A stretch of DNA of 39,082 nt from a virus (lineage: Duplodnaviria > Caudoviricetes), in the IMG/VR virus record IMGVR_UViG_3300032277_000025, positions 1 through 39,082 of that record; one strand, written 5' to 3'. The notes below the pieces were generated by a model. The model ran no database searches, was not told where the DNA came from, and saw only the letters and a program-made list of their open reading frames with translations. Positions 37,017 through 39,082 of this stretch are shown piece after piece. Both the position numbers and the translations under genes were made by a program. Position 1 is the first letter of the stretch. Each line of letters begins with the position of its first letter.

Positions 37017-37217
37017 GTGCCACAAGACCATGAGACCATTAAGCATGCCGCTGATGCTATCGCTGTTTCTGCGGGCGTAGGTACAAGCGCTGCGTTTTGG
37101 TTGAGCGAAATTATTAACCCGCTGTTGTCAGCGTTGGTGTTGATCGCAACATTAATATGGACCGTTTACCGGATCAGAGAAATGCGTGACAAACGGCAAA
37201 TGAACAAAAGCGCTTAG
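37017..37217 (+). CDS. Small holin-like membrane protein
   Basis: GGAG RBS, hydrophobic helices, basic C-terminus, directly before endolysin. Confidence 0.6.
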   Translation: MPQDHETIKHAADAIAVSAGVGTSAAFWLSEIINPLLSALVLIATLIWTVYRIREMRDKRQMNKSA

Positions 37218-37232
37218 ATCAGAGGGAATAAC

Positions 37233-37640
37233 ATGATGTTTAAATTATCAAATAACTCAAAAGAAAGACGCAAAGGTGTTGATCCTCGATTAATCGAGAT
37301 TAGCGACCTAGCAATCCAAATCACATTAGTCGATTTCGGTCACGGCCCGGACTCCGGTATTCGTACCGAGAAAAGACAAAATGAATTGTACCGCGAAGGA
37401 AAATCAAAACTCGATGGTTTTGAGAAAAAAAGCTTTCATCAGACGGGAAGGGCTTTAGACTTCTATGCGTTTGTGGATGGTAAGGCGAGCTGGGATGAGG
37501 CGCATCTAGCTATGGTTGCGAGCGCATTTCTCCAGGCTGCCGGCACCCTGGGTCATAGCGTGTCATGGGGCGGTTTGTGGCAATCATCTAAAGGCGGAGT
37601 TTATGGGTGGGACATGCCGCACATAGAGCTGTCAGATTAG
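37233..37640 (+). CDS. Endolysin, peptidase M15 family (L-Ala-D-Glu type)
   Basis: GIRT..RQ.ELY..GKS, SFHQTGRALD, WGG.W, D.PHIEL. Confidence 0.93.
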   Translation: MMFKLSNNSKERRKGVDPRLIEISDLAIQITLVDFGHGPDSGIRTEKRQNELYREGKSKLDGFEKKSFHQTGRALDFYAFVDGKASWDEAHLAMVASAFLQAAGTLGHSVSWGGLWQSSKGGVYGWDMPHIELSD

Positions 37641-37652
37641 CGAGGTTTTATA

Positions 37653-38144
37653 ATGTCTATTTTCTCAAAAATTTCTGACTTTGTTGGAGGCTCGCTATTT
37701 GGTGAGATAAAAGACGGCATCATGTCGTATTTCCCGCCAGACATGACGCCGCAACAAAAAAAGGAAGCTGAGTTTAATATCCAACGTTTTTTGCATGAAA
37801 AAGAGCTGGCCACAAATCGTATGCTGAGTGAGGCATCAGCTCAATTGGATAAAAGAATTGCCGAGCAAGAAGGTACCGCCAGCGATTTAAAGGCTATCCC
37901 GTTTCTCGGCCCGATCATTATTTTTCTGCGCGGATTGCAGCGCCCTGTGTGGGGTTTTGCGGTATTGGTTATGGATTTTAAATGGTTTTTTGGGGTCGGC
38001 GAATTTACTCAACAGCAAGAAACGGCGTTGATGGTGATTAATATATTGGTCCTTGGCTTCTTGTTCGGTGAGCGAACGATAAAGAATCTGTCGCCGTTAA
38101 TCATCAAGGTTTTCGGCGGGAAAAGTGAAGACCCGAAACAATAA
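37653..38144 (+). CDS. 3TM-holin-like membrane protein
   Basis: LRGLQRP..G, LGFLFGERT..; follows endolysin. Confidence 0.7.
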   Translation: MSIFSKISDFVGGSLFGEIKDGIMSYFPPDMTPQQKKEAEFNIQRFLHEKELATNRMLSEASAQLDKRIAEQEGTASDLKAIPFLGPIIIFLRGLQRPVWGFAVLVMDFKWFFGVGEFTQQQETALMVINILVLGFLFGERTIKNLSPLIIKVFGGKSEDPKQ

Positions 38145-38148
38145 GAAA

Positions 38149-38164
38149 CTGTATATACTGCCAG
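38149..38164. promoter_or_regulatory. LexA (SOS) box
   Basis: aaCTGTATATACTGCCAGta matches CTG-N10-CAG with TA-rich core and flanks. Confidence 0.65.
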
Positions 38165-38205
38165 TAATTTTGTTTACTCTTCTGTGTTCCGTCGAAGAAA
38201 ACCCC

Positions 38206-38334
38206 ATGGCAAATGAAATGCGAATGTTGCTCATGGTGTTTTTTTTCAGCGCCGTGTTTATTTTTTTGTACTTGCCCGTGCTTTTTTTAATGGAGCGTAT
38301 GAGGCTGGCGCATCGCTGGTATGATGATGGTTGA
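38206..38334 (+). CDS. 42-aa single-TM peptide (start uncertain)
   Basis: MANEMRMLLMVFFFSAVFIFLYLPVLFLMERMRLAHRWYDDG; weak RBS. Confidence 0.35.
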   Translation: MANEMRMLLMVFFFSAVFIFLYLPVLFLMERMRLAHRWYDDG

Positions 38335-38380
38335 TATCGAAAATGTGCACTAAGCCAGTTTCATCGATCCGTGCTTTATG

Positions 38381-38635
38381 TCAATTATGTTTCTTCAGTT
38401 TTTTATGGATTTTTAGAAACTGTCTAGTGCGCATGCCAGCTTGAGAGGCCATGCTTTTGATAAGATCATGGCTGAAGGGTGCCTTTGGGCAGTCTACCGT
38501 AACCTTGAAACGGCGCTTTTCGGTATCTTTCACCCACTGTTCATGGGAGCCTTTCTGGGTTCTTTTTGCAAACCCTTCGTGCTTGAGGATATTTTTTACA
38601 TCTTTACAGGTTAAGGAAGAACTTTTTCCGCCCAT
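38381..38635 (-). CDS. hicA: HicA-family mRNase toxin
   Basis: L...GF....KGSHEQW, VTVD, IKSMASQAG. Confidence 0.9.
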   Translation of the reverse strand: MGGKSSSLTCKDVKNILKHEGFAKRTQKGSHEQWVKDTEKRRFKVTVDCPKAPFSHDLIKSMASQAGMRTRQFLKIHKKLKKHN

Positions 38636-38642
38636 CTGTTAC

Positions 38643-38981
38643 TTACTGGTGACAATTGGTGCGAGGTGCCAAGGGTAGGGTTTCATTGAGAAAGTGGTAC
38701 GCATTATTTTTCAGCCTGCCGATGCGGAAAAGTCCACAATGGAAATAATATTTTAACCATAAGCTGGCGGGAGCCTTCCGGTTAAGGAAATATTTAGCAT
38801 GCTCCTGATCCTCGCCAACGAGAGCGTCAAACACATATTCGCTAATCATGTTTCTCAGCTTGGTCTCTACTTCATCAAGACTGTCGCCTTGTGCTGCCAG
38901 ATTGAGATCCAAGCAAAATGCCTGCCATTGATCGTCTTTATTTTCGGCGTAACAACGCAAAACAAGTTGTGGTGCTTTCAT
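38643..38981 (-). CDS. hicB: HicB-like antitoxin (no obvious DNA-binding domain)
   Basis: WQAFCLDLNLAAQGDSLDEVETKL partial RNase H fold; GGAGG RBS; adjacent to hicA. Confidence 0.8.
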   Translation of the reverse strand: MKAPQLVLRCYAENKDDQWQAFCLDLNLAAQGDSLDEVETKLRNMISEYVFDALVGEDQEHAKYFLNRKAPASLWLKYYFHCGLFRIGRLKNNAYHFLNETLPLAPRTNCHQ

Positions 38982-39016
38982 GGCTGTCCTCCGTTTACTT
39001 CCGTTGATTACTGGTG

Positions 39017-39057
39017 TTAGCGGCCTTACATGGCCCTTTTAGCGGCCTCAAATGGCC
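39017..39057. repeat. Two 19-bp direct repeats TTAGCGGCCTYAMATGGCC
   Basis: 39017-39035 and 39039-39057, 22-bp period. Confidence 0.8.
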
Positions 39058-39082
39058 TCTTGTTGAACTATTACCGCTCAGT

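Larger units (their letters stand above)
1..39082. mobile_element. Temperate phage/prophage (lambdoid early region, contractile-tail morphogenesis); left end incomplete
   Basis: Contiguous recombination, immunity, replication, packaging, head, sheath/tube, baseplate, fibre and lysis modules in canonical order; no host housekeeping genes. Confidence 0.97.

Noticed and set aside
38125-38205. GTG start at 38125 for a 69-aa ORF
   Set aside because: Overlaps the holin end and spans the LexA box; ATG at 38206 preferred, though neither start is secure
1-39082. Integrase, att sites, terminal repeats, tRNA
   Set aside because: None recognised; the window ends do not match each other and the early operon continues past position 1

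Overview
The window is almost a whole temperate (lambdoid-regulated) phage or prophage with a short contractile tail, probably of a gammaproteobacterium (host-like SSB, sigma70-type promoters, E. coli-type LexA box). Layout: (i) a leftward early operon, <1-6.9 kb, with a PAPS-reductase-like protein, ssb, DEDDh exonuclease, YqaJ exonuclease and RecT; (ii) an accessory block between pL and cI with an exported protein and a DinD-like gene that appear mutually truncated, a microsatellite, a stand-alone CheY-like receiver and a membrane protein; (iii) cI/cro/cII with GAAG-N4-CTTC operators, O/P-like replication genes and a nin-like region; (iv) an unusual 3.8 kb block of fibre/LamG-like genes upstream of terS; (v) head, neck, sheath/tube, short tape measure, baseplate and tail-fibre genes; (vi) a lysis cassette, a LexA box with a small hydrophobic ORF, and a reversed hicB-hicA pair. 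No integrase, att site, Q, tRNA, CRISPR or RT was recognised; the early operon runs off the left edge. All family assignments come from motif recognition and synteny, not database searches.
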